DNA from: Candidatus Fimimonas sp.
GTDB lineage: Bacteria; Bacillota; Clostridia; Christensenellales; CAG-314
NCBI GenBank assembly: GCA_045644945.1
Contig: JAZRHU010000037.1
Coordinates: 1-53,209 of the forward strand
DNA: 53,209 nt
Direction: 5' to 3'
Every line of letters starts with the position of its first letter. Within the stretch, counting starts at the first letter, position 1. Shown here piece after piece: positions 27,060 to 37,336 of the stretch. The notes below the pieces were generated by a model. That model was not told the DNA's origin and ran no database searches. It worked only from the letters and a program-made list of their open reading frames with translations. The position numbers and the translations under genes are program-made.

Positions 27060-29531
27060 TTACTTTGTTTGTTTTTGTTTTTTGGTTCCAAAGAAAAGGA
27101 ACTCGAAGAAATTGAGAATGAAAGGTGTTGCGAGAATTTCCGCAATCAAAAGAATCATTTGCTCGCGTCCAAGTTGAACATAACTCAATGTTGAGTATAG
27201 TTGTGGTACAAACAATGCAACAAGCACAATTACCCAAACAAAAATGTAAGCTAATAGTTTCCACTTTGTGAGAGGTTTCAAGGCGTGGTGAACAGCACAA
27301 ATACCGCCAAATGTGTAGGTGATTGTTACCAATGTGCCAAGTTGCTCGTTAGTTGCAATCATATCTGGATACACCTCGCGCAATGCGTAAATTGATGCAG
27401 TTGTAACAATAAACGTTAATGATGCGGGGAAACAACGCTTTAGCACGTTGGTCAAGAAATTACCCTTGATAATATCGTTGTTGGGTATAAATGCTGCCAA
27501 TACGGTACTTGGTATCGCAACAACTACTGCGTCCATCAGTGTTACTTGCAAGCTTGTTAGTGGGCTTGCCATTGTTCGTCCAAATGCAAAGTGCATAACA
27601 ATCAACATGATGTTGAGCGCAATTACGTACACCGTCTTCATGAAGAACATTGATGTTGAATTTTGAATGTTGTTGACAACACGACGACCTTCGTGTACCA
27701 CTTTGGGCAAGGTGCCGAAGCTGTCGTTCATCAAAATCAAGTGAGCAACCTGACGAGCGGCATCGCTACCGCCAGCAAGGGAGATGGAACAATCGGCTTC
27801 TTTCATAGCCAAGATGTCGTTTACACCGTCACCCGTCATAGCAACAGTTTGGCCTGCTTGGCGCATTGCCTTGACCAAAATTGCCTTTTGGTCGGGGGAA
27901 ACTCTGCCAAATACTGTGTACTTGGTGGCAACTTCGCGAACTTGATCGTCCGTCATACCTTCCAAGCTGATGTAGTTTTCCGCATCTTCCACGCCAACGC
28001 GTGTTGCGATGTTTGCTACTGTGCTTGGGTTATCGCCGGAGATAATTTTGATTGCTACGCCATTTTGACGGAACCAGTTGATGGTTTCTTCCGCATCAGT
28101 ACGAATGTGGTCTTCGATGGCAATGATAGCAATTGGTCTGCGTACTTGTGGAATGTTTGCGCTACTGCTACTCATTGTTGTGGTGCTGTGCGCAAGCAAC
28201 AACACGCGTAGACCTTGTGCAGAAAATCTTGCAACCATGTCTGTTACGTGCTGATTTGGTGTTTTTAGAACGTACTCGGGAGCACCAATGAAATAGGTGC
28301 CTTCACCCTTGAAGGAAACTGCAGAAAGTTTGCGCTCGGAAGAAAATGGCACAACTGCTGAAACGTTATCCAAACTTGGGTTGCGAGGGGAGCCAAAGTA
28401 CTTTTTGAGGGCTTTGCTTGTCATGTTGTCTGCTTGCAAAGCGGTGTTCATACTGGAGATGATTTCGCGAACTGTGTACGCAACGCGTGTGCTTGGTCTG
28501 AGGTCGATGCTTTCCACAACTTGCATTGTGCCATCGGTGATTGTACCGGTTTTGTCCAAACACAATGTGTCAACACGAGCAAGCATCTCGATGCAGTACA
28601 ACTCTTGCACCATTGTTTTGTTCTTTGCAAGGTACAAGAAAGACTTACCAAGGGAAATGCTTGTAAGCAAGAATGGGCCAGCGGTTATCATGGAAATGAT
28701 GGATCCCGCGGTAAGCTCCAATGCTTTGTCGTGCAACTGCCAGGAAAGTAGCGCATCAAAGGATTTGACATTGATGATGTACAAGCAAATTGCCATTGGC
28801 ACAAGCACGATTGCCTCGAAAACCAAAATGCTGTTTAGCGCTTTGAGCATTTGAGAGCGTGGCTTTTTGTACTGTTTTGCACGACCAGTGAGACCTGCAA
28901 TGTAGTTGAATTTGCCAACGGCCGTTACCTTTGCTGTGCAACTGCCGGAAACCACAAAGCTACCTGCGTGCAAAATATCGCCGGGCTTTTTGGAAATGGC
29001 ATCACTTTCGCCCGTCAAGATGGCTTCGTTTGCCTCCACAAAACCTTCCAAAATTACACAGTCGGCGGAAATTTGTGAACCATTTGCAAGCACTACAACG
29101 TCATCAAGCACAAGTTGATCCACAGGGATATCCGTTTTGTTGCCTTCGCGAATTACTGTGATTTGTGGCTGAGTGATAAGATTGAGCTTGTCCAGTGTCT
29201 TTTTGGATTTGATTTCCTGTATGATTGCAATAAGTGTGTTTGCAACCACAACGGGCACATAGGTGCATTGCTCCCACTTGCCATTGGCCAACAGCAAAAC
29301 TGTGATAATCAAGTAGATTACGTTAAAAAAGGTCAGCAGGTTGGAAAAAATGATTTGACCGATGCTTTTGCTTTTGCGCGAAGTGTCGATGTTGAGCAAA
29401 CCTTCGTCCACACGGCTTTGCACTTGCTCGGCAGTCAAACCAACTTTGGCATCCACTTGATAATGCTGAATATTTAGCTGGTCCAAGGATTTGACCTTAT
29501 TTAGTTGTTTAATTTGTTTTTTAGTCATCAA
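27060..29531 (-). CDS. Cation-transporting P-type ATPase (CtpE-like)
   Basis: LTGES, CLDKTGTIT, PFSSERK, ISGDN, FGRVSP.QK, MTGDGVND. Confidence 0.93.
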   Translation of the reverse strand: MMTKKQIKQLNKVKSLDQLNIQHYQVDAKVGLTAEQVQSRVDEGLLNIDTSRKSKSIGQIIFSNLLTFFNVIYLIITVLLLANGKWEQCTYVPVVVANTLIAIIQEIKSKKTLDKLNLITQPQITVIREGNKTDIPVDQLVLDDVVVLANGSQISADCVILEGFVEANEAILTGESDAISKKPGDILHAGSFVVSGSCTAKVTAVGKFNYIAGLTGRAKQYKKPRSQMLKALNSILVFEAIVLVPMAICLYIINVKSFDALLSWQLHDKALELTAGSIISMITAGPFLLTSISLGKSFLYLAKNKTMVQELYCIEMLARVDTLCLDKTGTITDGTMQVVESIDLRPSTRVAYTVREIISSMNTALQADNMTSKALKKYFGSPRNPSLDNVSAVVPFSSERKLSAVSFKGEGTYFIGAPEYVLKTPNQHVTDMVARFSAQGLRVLLLAHSTTTMSSSSANIPQVRRPIAIIAIEDHIRTDAEETINWFRQNGVAIKIISGDNPSTVANIATRVGVEDAENYISLEGMTDDQVREVATKYTVFGRVSPDQKAILVKAMRQAGQTVAMTGDGVNDILAMKEADCSISLAGGSDAARQVAHLILMNDSFGTLPKVVHEGRRVVNNIQNSTSMFFMKTVYVIALNIMLIVMHFAFGRTMASPLTSLQVTLMDAVVVAIPSTVLAAFIPNNDIIKGNFLTNVLKRCFPASLTFIVTTASIYALREVYPDMIATNEQLGTLVTITYTFGGICAVHHALKPLTKWKLLAYIFVWVIVLVALFVPQLYSTLSYVQLGREQMILLIAEILATPFILNFFEFLFFGTKKQKQTK

Positions 29532-30769
29532 TCTATTTTGTTAAAAGTTCCGTTTCTAAATTCGTAAATTTCGTAACCTTGTTCTTTGAGTTGTTTGAAT
29601 TGGTAACCAATGTTTTTGATCTTTTTGAGCAATGTTACATTGTTACCTTGCTTACGTTGTTGACGGCAAAAATCCATTACGTACAACAAGGATTGTTTGT
29701 CCAACTTTTTGTCCACAAGCACAGCTTTACCCATGGATTTTTGTTCTGTTTTGCCACGTTCTTGCATCAAAAGCACAATGCGCTCGAATCCAATACTAAA
29801 TCCGCATGCAGGAACGTCTGTTCCGGTGATTTTGCCAATCATCTTGTCGTAACGGCCACCACCACCAACGGAGCTTGCCATACCTTCGACAGAAATTTCG
29901 TAGATGGTGCCTGTGTAGTAGCCCATACCACGTACAAGAGTAACGTCGAACTTAACTTTGCCATTTGTAACGGAGTTGTTTGCTACAAACAAAATTTGCT
30001 CGATGTTTGTTTTTACGTCTTCTGGCAAACTGTCGCCAAGTTCTTCCACACACTTAGCAAATGGATCGCTTGCGGAAGTGATGCGGTTGATGAGGTCAAC
30101 AAACTCGTATGCTTTGCCTGGAGCGATTTGTTCCACTTCGGCAAGCACGCCTGTTACGCCAATTTTGTCAAGCTTGTCCAATGCAATGAACACTTTGTCC
30201 TTTTGATCTTCGTCAAAACCGCAATGGCTTGCAAGTGCGTTCAAAAGACGGCGGTCGGAAAGGCGCACCACTACATCGTTAAAGCCCAAGTTGGCCAACG
30301 CTTGCATTGTTGCGGAAATAAGTTCTGTTTCGGCAATGTTGGTTTCTTCGCCAATGATGTCGATATCGCATTGAACGAATTGACGGAAACGACCGCGTTG
30401 TGGGCGGTCTGCACGCCAAACATTGTCCATTTGAATGGACTTGAATACAGTTGGGAGTTGTCCAACGTTGTTGGAGTAGAAACGAGCAAGAGGCACTGTC
30501 AAGTCGTATCTAAGACCAAGGTCGCACAAGTTTTCCTCTGTGGCGTTTTCCAACTTTTCGCCACGCTTCAAAATTTTGAAGATAAGTTTTTCGTTGTCGC
30601 CACCTTGCTTGGATGTGAGCAATTGAATGTTTTCTACAGCGGGAGTTTCGATACGTGTAAAACCGAAACTTTCGTAAGTTTTTTGGATTGTTGTAAGCAC
30701 TTGTTGACGAAGTGCAAATTCCTTGGGCAAAAAGTCACGCATGCCCTTGGCTGGAGTTTTTGGTAACAT
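29528..30769 (-). CDS. hisS: Histidine--tRNA ligase
   Basis: KGMRDFLP, LRYDLTVP, WRADRPQRGRFRQF.QCD.D, LVRGMGYYTG, GGGRYD, GFERI. Confidence 0.97.
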   Translation of the reverse strand: MLPKTPAKGMRDFLPKEFALRQQVLTTIQKTYESFGFTRIETPAVENIQLLTSKQGGDNEKLIFKILKRGEKLENATEENLCDLGLRYDLTVPLARFYSNNVGQLPTVFKSIQMDNVWRADRPQRGRFRQFVQCDIDIIGEETNIAETELISATMQALANLGFNDVVVRLSDRRLLNALASHCGFDEDQKDKVFIALDKLDKIGVTGVLAEVEQIAPGKAYEFVDLINRITSASDPFAKCVEELGDSLPEDVKTNIEQILFVANNSVTNGKVKFDVTLVRGMGYYTGTIYEISVEGMASSVGGGGRYDKMIGKITGTDVPACGFSIGFERIVLLMQERGKTEQKSMGKAVLVDKKLDKQSLLYVMDFCRQQRKQGNNVTLLKKIKNIGYQFKQLKEQGYEIYEFRNGTFNKID

Positions 30770-30779
30770 TTTGTTCTCC

Positions 30780-32177
30780 TTAGTCGATGATATATTTGTT
30801 GAGATCTGCTTTTGCGTTGCGCATTTCTTCTACTTTAGCTTCGTAGCCCTTTCTGCCAAACAAAGCGTATGTAGCATTTTTACCGCCTTCGACACCCGGT
30901 TGGTTGTAGGCATCAATGTTGAACATTGCGCCAGCATAAGCAGTTTGAAGTTGCATGAGGTAAAGCAATGCACCGATGTTGTACTCGTTTACAACATCCA
31001 TGCTGATTGTGTAGTTAGCACGACCACGTTGTGTAAGGTTGTAGCGTGTTGCGTGCAATTCCTTTGTCATAAGTTCGTTCAATGAGTGACCGCAAAGGAA
31101 GTTTACATCAGGGAAAGCTTCGCATCCGTGAGGGATTTGGCACTCGCTACGGAAGTTGTCTACTTCGAGGAAGGTGATAACCTTGTCGAATGGGCCTTCG
31201 TTGTAAAGTTGAACTTGGCTGTGTTGATCTGTTACACCAAGAGCTTTTACTGGAGTTTGGCCAACGTTTACCATGTTGCCATCGAGGTCAACCTCTTTAC
31301 CAAGGGATTCTGCCCAAAGTTGACAGTACCAATCGGCAATATATTTCAAACTATCGGCATAAGGCATCATAACACCAATGTTTTTGCCTTCCTTCATGGA
31401 GATGTATTGCAACAATGCAATTGCAAGTGCTGGGTTTTGAGCGATGTCTGCAACCTTGCACTTTTCGTCCATTTCGCGAGCACCGCGAAGAAGTTCGGCA
31501 ATATCAATGCCGATAACTGCTGCAGGAAGCAAACCTACTGGGCACAATTCGGAGAAACGTCCACCAACACCATCGGGGATGTAGAATGTTTCAAGCTCAA
31601 GTTCGTTCGCAAGCTTGATAAGGTTGCCCTTTGTTTCGCTTGTTGTTGCGATGATGCGGTCCTTTGCCTTGTCGCCAAGTTTCTTTGTGAGCATATCCAT
31701 GATGATGAGGTATTGGCTCATTGTTTCGCTTGTTGCGCCGGACTTTGTGATAACATTGAAAACTGTATTTTCGATATCGATGATATCAAACAAAGCATTC
31801 ATTCTTTCGGGATCAACGTTGTCGATAACGTAGAAACGAGGACCTTTGCGTACAGCACGAGGAAGTTCGTTGTAGTAGAGATGCTTTAGCGCTGTGAAAA
31901 CCGCAATTGGGCCAAGAGCTGATCCGCCAATACCCAAAACTACAAAGTTTTCGCAACTGTCTTGAACTTTTTTAGCAACTTGGTTGATGCGAGCAACAAC
32001 TTCGTCTTGATTGTATGGAGAGTCCATCCAGCCTTGCATACCTTGGCCACGCTTGCTTTCTACCTTGGCGTGTGCGTCTTGTGCAAATGGAACAAGACTT
32101 GTAAGTTGTTCGTGAGAGATACCCTTTTCTCCCAAAATATCTTGCATCATATTGTTGTAGTTAACTTTGATACTCAT
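30780..32177 (-). CDS. pgi: Glucose-6-phosphate isomerase
   Basis: LGIGGSALG, TKSGATSET, VGGRFS, QLWAESLGK, DQHS..QL, NQPGVEGGK. Confidence 0.97.
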   Translation of the reverse strand: MSIKVNYNNMMQDILGEKGISHEQLTSLVPFAQDAHAKVESKRGQGMQGWMDSPYNQDEVVARINQVAKKVQDSCENFVVLGIGGSALGPIAVFTALKHLYYNELPRAVRKGPRFYVIDNVDPERMNALFDIIDIENTVFNVITKSGATSETMSQYLIIMDMLTKKLGDKAKDRIIATTSETKGNLIKLANELELETFYIPDGVGGRFSELCPVGLLPAAVIGIDIAELLRGAREMDEKCKVADIAQNPALAIALLQYISMKEGKNIGVMMPYADSLKYIADWYCQLWAESLGKEVDLDGNMVNVGQTPVKALGVTDQHSQVQLYNEGPFDKVITFLEVDNFRSECQIPHGCEAFPDVNFLCGHSLNELMTKELHATRYNLTQRGRANYTISMDVVNEYNIGALLYLMQLQTAYAGAMFNIDAYNQPGVEGGKNATYALFGRKGYEAKVEEMRNAKADLNKYIID

Positions 32178-32200
32178 GTTTGTAATTCCTCCGTTTCTAG

Positions 32201-34585
32201 TTAGTCGATTGTGTATTTTCCAAACAAAGCGTTAAATGCTTTGCCGTGTTGTTTGTTTGCTGTGTGCAAAATAAATTTGATAAACTTGGCTGGTATTCCG
32301 CCTACACTCATCATGGAAATAAGTGGCGTTTGCATCATACCTGTAATTATCATTTGTGCAACGGGATCTTGCAATGTCTTTGATGGAGCTTTGCTCTTTG
32401 CAACCATCTTTCCTAGTTTTGCAATCATCTTGACAATTCCTACAGTTGGCATGTCTTCGAATGTGTTTAGCAATGTAAACTCGCCACGTTGGGGGATTGT
32501 GTACTCTTGCTTTTGTTGTCCTGCCAAAAGATAGAATTGTTGCTCGTCAATGGTAAATGTGCCTTGAGGTTTTGCAAAGTAGTCGGGATACAGTTGTTGG
32601 TCGTTGCCTGCCAAATCTTTGCCGAAGTCTACCACTACTCGTTCGCTAATCAATGTTTCGTTGACGTTTTTGCAGATGGAAATGCCATAGGCTCCGTTTA
32701 CTGCAACAAAGTCCGTTTCGTGATAGATGGAAAATGCGCGCTCGTCCAAATGGAAAGTTACAGTTTTGCTTTCGTTTGGTTGCAAAAGGATTTTGTCAAA
32801 TGCTTTTAGCTCGCGCTTTGCACGGATATATCCGCAGTTGCAGTTGTCAACGTAAAGTTGCACTACTTCGCTGGCAGGTACACTACCCACGTTTGTGACA
32901 TCCACAGACACATCAAAACCATTTTGGCAAGGTGTTACTTTCAAATTGGAATAGTCAAACTTGGAGTAACTAAGACCAAATCCAAATGGGAAGAGTGTTG
33001 GGATATCGAATGTATTGTAGTAGCGATAGCCAACAAAGATGCTTTCGCGGTGTTCGTCTACAAAACGATCGTTTGCAAAGTAGTTGTAGCAAGGAGTGTC
33101 TTGTAGAGCAAGTGGATAGCTTTCTGCAAGGCGACCACATGGGCTAACTTTGCCAAAAAGCAAATCGAATGCGCTTTCCATTACCGCTTCGCCACCCAAG
33201 TACATATTGAGCAATGCTTGAGTTTTGTTGAGCCAAGGCATAACAAATGGAGAACCGCCAAAGGCAACAAAGACAATGTTTTTGTTTACCTCGTACAGTT
33301 TGTCCAAAAGTTGTTGTTGACAAGTGGGGATTTCCAACTTAGTACGGTCGTAGCCTTCCCCTTCGAAGTCGTCGGTAAGTCCACCAAAGAACACAACTGT
33401 TTTGCAAGTTTTGGCAAGCTCGATTGCTTGTGTTTCCAATTTGTCTACCGCTTTGTCGCCAAGCACATTGTAGCCTTGGGCAAAATGGTATGTAACGTTG
33501 TTTTCGTCAAGCACTTGCAAAAATGTTTTTGCTTGTGCATTGATGTGGCTACTGCCTGCACCTTGGAAACGTGGTGTTGTGGCAAGTCCGCCAACTACCA
33601 AGATGGAATCATCTTGTGTAAGTGGCAAAATGCCATTGTCGTTTTTCAAAAGTACGGCGCAATCGTTTTCCACCTGACGGCAAACGTTGTGCGCGGAATC
33701 GAAATCCATTGTGAGTTGTGGTTTTTGAATAGAACACTTTTCTACAAGGTTTGCAACCCTTTGACAAGCACGATCGAGTGCTTCCATCGAAAGTGTGCCA
33801 TCGTTGACGTACTTGATGGTAAGTTTTTCGTGGTAGTCGCCACCGTCCGGCATTTCCAAATCCATGCCTGCCTCAAGTGCTTCCGCAACGTTATAGGTTG
33901 CGCCCCAGTCGGACATTACCAAACCAGTAAAGCCCCATTCAGTGCGAAGAATGTCTGTAAGCAAACGTTTGTTTTGAGCACAACTTTGACCATTGAGCTT
34001 GTTGTAGGCATTCATGATGCAGTATGGTTGAGCACCCTTTACTGCTTGCTCGAATGCGTAGAGATAGATTTCCCTAAGAGCTCTTTCGTCCACGATCGCA
34101 TTTACTGTCATACGGCGAGTTTCTTGGCTGTTTACGGCAAAGTGCTTCAAACAACTGCCTACACCTTTGCTTTGCATTGCTTGGATGTAGTTGGTTACCA
34201 TTTGGCCCGCCAAAAGGGGATCTTCGGAAAAATACTCGAAGTTGCGTCCGCAAAGTGGACTACGTTTGATGTTGACACCTGGTCCAAGCACCACCGATAC
34301 GCCTTGAGCGATTGCTTGCTTGGCAATTTCCTCCGCAACGATGCGGGCGTTTTGCACATTCCAACTGGATGCAACTGCGCACGCCGTTGGGAAGCAAGTA
34401 GCTTTGACACTGTCGTTGATGTTTTCTATTTTTTCGTTGAGGTCGTCTTGCTTGCGCAAACCATGGGGGCCGTCCGTCATCATGATGACAGGAAGTCCCA
34501 AGCCATCAGCAGTATGCCAACTGCCATTACCATGCACAAGTTTCGCTTTTTGTTCGATTGTTAAATTGTCGATGAATTTACTCAT
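32201..34585 (-). CDS. Glycoside hydrolase family 3 (beta-glucosidase) with Fn3-like domain
   Basis: TDGPHGLR, GRNFEYFSEDP, KHFA, MSDWG, LLKN, FVGYRYY, FPFGFGLSY; GGGAG RBS before ATG 34585. Confidence 0.95.
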   Translation of the reverse strand: MSKFIDNLTIEQKAKLVHGNGSWHTADGLGLPVIMMTDGPHGLRKQDDLNEKIENINDSVKATCFPTACAVASSWNVQNARIVAEEIAKQAIAQGVSVVLGPGVNIKRSPLCGRNFEYFSEDPLLAGQMVTNYIQAMQSKGVGSCLKHFAVNSQETRRMTVNAIVDERALREIYLYAFEQAVKGAQPYCIMNAYNKLNGQSCAQNKRLLTDILRTEWGFTGLVMSDWGATYNVAEALEAGMDLEMPDGGDYHEKLTIKYVNDGTLSMEALDRACQRVANLVEKCSIQKPQLTMDFDSAHNVCRQVENDCAVLLKNDNGILPLTQDDSILVVGGLATTPRFQGAGSSHINAQAKTFLQVLDENNVTYHFAQGYNVLGDKAVDKLETQAIELAKTCKTVVFFGGLTDDFEGEGYDRTKLEIPTCQQQLLDKLYEVNKNIVFVAFGGSPFVMPWLNKTQALLNMYLGGEAVMESAFDLLFGKVSPCGRLAESYPLALQDTPCYNYFANDRFVDEHRESIFVGYRYYNTFDIPTLFPFGFGLSYSKFDYSNLKVTPCQNGFDVSVDVTNVGSVPASEVVQLYVDNCNCGYIRAKRELKAFDKILLQPNESKTVTFHLDERAFSIYHETDFVAVNGAYGISICKNVNETLISERVVVDFGKDLAGNDQQLYPDYFAKPQGTFTIDEQQFYLLAGQQKQEYTIPQRGEFTLLNTFEDMPTVGIVKMIAKLGKMVAKSKAPSKTLQDPVAQMIITGMMQTPLISMMSVGGIPAKFIKFILHTANKQHGKAFNALFGKYTID

Positions 34586-34607
34586 AGATATAGTCTCCCA
34601 CTTTAGC

Positions 34608-34636
34608 ACTATAATTCTACCACATATTGCCGTCAA
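34608..34636 (-). promoter_or_regulatory. SigA promoter of GH3-pgi-hisS run
   Basis: TTGACG-17-TATAGT. Confidence 0.7.
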
Positions 34637-34696
34637 TGTGTACCATTATCGCACAAAAAAACTTGAATATTTTTATAAATTTTATTTATATATATC

Positions 34697-34725
34697 TTGA
34701 AATTTGTTGGAATTGGTATTATAAT
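34697..34725 (+). promoter_or_regulatory. SigA promoter of GH13 gene
   Basis: TTGAAA-17-TATAAT. Confidence 0.75.
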
Positions 34726-34880
34726 ATAAGGCGTTGAAAAAATATTGCTAAAAGGTGTGGCACCAAAAATGGTTGATTGGCAACTTTGACGTCAAGAACA
34801 ACCGGGGTTTGCGACAAAGCCTTACTAACAAGCAAGAGAAATGCCCTTTGCAATATGGCAAAAGGCACAAAGGAGTGTTT

Positions 34881-36569
34881 ATGAAAAATCAATGGTACAA
34901 AGAGGCAGTTTTTTACCAAATTTACCCACGCAGTTTTAAGGATTCCAACAGCGATGGTATTGGTGACATCAAGGGTATTATTTCCAAGATTGACTATCTT
35001 GTTGACTTGGGTATTGATGCTATTTGGTTTTCGCCACTATATGCAAGCCCAAATGCCGACTACGGCTACGATATCTCCGACTACACAGCAATCAACCCCG
35101 AATACGGCACCATGGAAGACTTCGACCAAATGCTGGAGTTGTTGCACAAAAACAACATCAAAGTTATCATGGACTTGGTAATCAATCACACAAGTGACCA
35201 ACACGAGTGGTTCCAAAAATCCCGCGACGTTAACAGCAAGTACCACGACTACTACTACTGGCGTGACGGCAAGGGCAAATGGGGCAAAAAGCCACCAAAC
35301 AACTGGACAAGCTTTTTTGCAGGTAGCGCATGGCAATATGACGAAAAAGTGGGCAAATGGTATTTGCACTTGTTTGATAAAAACCAACCCGACTTGAACT
35401 ACTTCAACCCAAACGTGATGAAGGAAATTCAACAAATTTTGCGTTTTTGGTTGGACAAGGGCGTTGACGGCTTTAGATGTGACGTTATCACACTGCTCTC
35501 CAAGACATTTGGTTTGCCAAATGGTGCTCCAAGCCCTGCACTTTGCGGACGCGAGCACTACATCGATGGCCCTCGCATGGAAGAGTTGCTTGGTCAATTG
35601 CAAGAAGTTTTGCGCGAGTACGATGCCTTTACCGTTGGCGAAAGCGTTTTGATCAACGTTCCAAAGGCACTACGCTACACCACCGAAGGCAACGAGTACC
35701 TTACAACAGTTTTTGCATTTGACTCGGTAAATGCCGATAACTACTTTGGCTTGAAGCAACTTGTGCGCCCATTTAGTTTGAGAAAACTCAAAAAGAGCAT
35801 GCGCACATGGCAACACGGCCTTTACGGCAAGAGCTGGAACACATTGTTCTGGGAAAACCACGACCAAGCACGCATTGTTGGTAGATACTGCGATCCAGTG
35901 GTAAATCGCGTGGAAGGCGCAAAGATGTTGGCAACAGTTTTGATGACACTTTCTGGCACACCATTTATCTACCAAGGTCAAGAGTTTGGTACAACATCCA
36001 TCCGCATGACGGACATCAACGACTACCAAGACGTAGAAGCAAAACGCACCTACAACATGATGAAAGGCATCTTTGGTGCAAAGGGCGCAATGAAGCGCAC
36101 CGCTTACTGCTCACGCGACAATGCTCGTACACCAATGCAATGGGACAGTAGCAAAAACGCTGGCTTTACCGAAGCGGACACAACTTGGCTAAAGGTTAAC
36201 CCCAACTACATCGACATCAACGCTGCCTACGCCGAAAGAGATCCCGACTCTGTTTTGCACTACTACAAAAAGCTAATTCAATTGCGCAAAAATGACAAAG
36301 CGTTTGTGTACGGCACCTACAAAGATTACTATCGCAACAGCTCCAAAATTTGGGCATATCTACGCGAAAGTGAGTACGGCAAGCTGTTTGTTGTGTGCAA
36401 CTTTGCAAACAAAGATACAAGCTTTACACCACCAAAAGAAATTGCAAAACAACACTTTGAAATTTTGACAAGTAACTACAAAGATTCCTGCGGAACACCA
36501 CAAAAAACAAAGCTCCGTCCATACGAAGCAGTTGTGTACAAATTAGATGACGTGTCCGCAAAAAAGTGA
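34881..36569 (+). CDS. GH13 oligo-1,6-glucosidase/alpha-glucosidase
   Basis: YQIYPRSF.DSN.DGIGD, DLVINHTSD, QPDLN, DGFRCDV, VGE, ENHDQ, RDNARTPMQW; AAGGAG RBS. Confidence 0.95.
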   Translation: MKNQWYKEAVFYQIYPRSFKDSNSDGIGDIKGIISKIDYLVDLGIDAIWFSPLYASPNADYGYDISDYTAINPEYGTMEDFDQMLELLHKNNIKVIMDLVINHTSDQHEWFQKSRDVNSKYHDYYYWRDGKGKWGKKPPNNWTSFFAGSAWQYDEKVGKWYLHLFDKNQPDLNYFNPNVMKEIQQILRFWLDKGVDGFRCDVITLLSKTFGLPNGAPSPALCGREHYIDGPRMEELLGQLQEVLREYDAFTVGESVLINVPKALRYTTEGNEYLTTVFAFDSVNADNYFGLKQLVRPFSLRKLKKSMRTWQHGLYGKSWNTLFWENHDQARIVGRYCDPVVNRVEGAKMLATVLMTLSGTPFIYQGQEFGTTSIRMTDINDYQDVEAKRTYNMMKGIFGAKGAMKRTAYCSRDNARTPMQWDSSKNAGFTEADTTWLKVNPNYIDINAAYAERDPDSVLHYYKKLIQLRKNDKAFVYGTYKDYYRNSSKIWAYLRESEYGKLFVVCNFANKDTSFTPPKEIAKQHFEILTSNYKDSCGTPQKTKLRPYEAVVYKLDDVSAKK

Positions 36570-36601
36570 TTTTTTGACGAAAAATTACCCCATAAAACAG
36601 C

Positions 36602-36634
36602 AAAGGAACAAGCAAAAAACTTGTTCCTTTTTTT
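36602..36634 (+). terminator. Intrinsic terminator
   Basis: AAAGGAACAAG...CTTGTTCCTTTTTTT. Confidence 0.85.
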
Positions 36635-36764
36635 GTGTAAATTTTACTGAAATTTATGCCAAAATTATGATGAAAATCTTGCAAAATTGCAAGCATTTTG
36701 CCGTTGATTTTACCAAAAGTTTTTGCCTTGCAACTTGGGGTTTATCAGGGATAAATTGACATTG

Positions 36765-37229
36765 TCAATTGCTACCAACAAGACCTTCGAGGTAGTGGGC
36801 CGGGGGTGTTTCCACATAGCAAACGTACGGCAAATTGCTTTGGTCGATTGGGTAGATTTTGACAGTAAGTTTGCGCGTTTGCTTGTCGAAAACAACGCAG
36901 TTCAAAACCACAGTTGGCACAAAACCATCCTTGGTTACAACCACAGTTTGGGTATACCAATCAGTTACATTTTTGTCGTAGCAGTTAGTTAGGTTATCAA
37001 GTTCAATTGCTGGAGAGTTGCCATTGTTATCGCAAAAGAAGGTTTTGCCATCAATTGTTACAAGGGCATTGTGCACAGGATTGTTATCCAAATCAACCAC
37101 AGTAACTTTGATTGCCGTTTTGCTTGCCGATACACCAATATCACTTGCCTTGTCGATGGCTGTTAGCACAACCATCACCATCATCAAAACCACCACCACT
37201 ATTGCTACGTTTTTTAGAGTTACTTTCAT
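36765..37229 (-). CDS. Exported/membrane-anchored protein with carboxypeptidase-regulatory-like beta-sandwich
   Basis: Hydrophobic N-terminus; VTVVD..NNPV.NALVTI, D.NG, VTKDGF pattern. Confidence 0.65.
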   Translation of the reverse strand: MKVTLKNVAIVVVVLMMVMVVLTAIDKASDIGVSASKTAIKVTVVDLDNNPVHNALVTIDGKTFFCDNNGNSPAIELDNLTNCYDKNVTDWYTQTVVVTKDGFVPTVVLNCVVFDKQTRKLTVKIYPIDQSNLPYVCYVETPPAHYLEGLVGSN

Positions 37230-37287
37230 ACAAGTAGACTACGCGCGAAATTTACAAAATATCACACAATTTAGTAGCAAAATTATC

Positions 37288-37320
37288 AAAAAAAAGCGCT
37301 CCCATCTTGGAGTGCTTTTT
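37288..37320 (-). terminator. Intrinsic terminator after degV
   Basis: AAAAAGCGCTCC...GGAGTGCTTTTT. Confidence 0.8.
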
Positions 37321-37336
37321 GTTAGTAAACTATGTA

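Noticed and set aside
33218-34564. 448-aa plus-strand ORF (likewise 29579-30766, 31086-31889, 18702-19418 and many shorter ones)
   Set aside because: These lie antisense to well-supported genes (GH3, hisS, pgi, deoC) and have no independent coding signals.
36754-36770. Palindrome AATTGACA-T-TGTCAATT as a third WYL box
   Set aside because: The half-site spacing is 1 rather than 6, and it sits on a stop codon between convergent genes.
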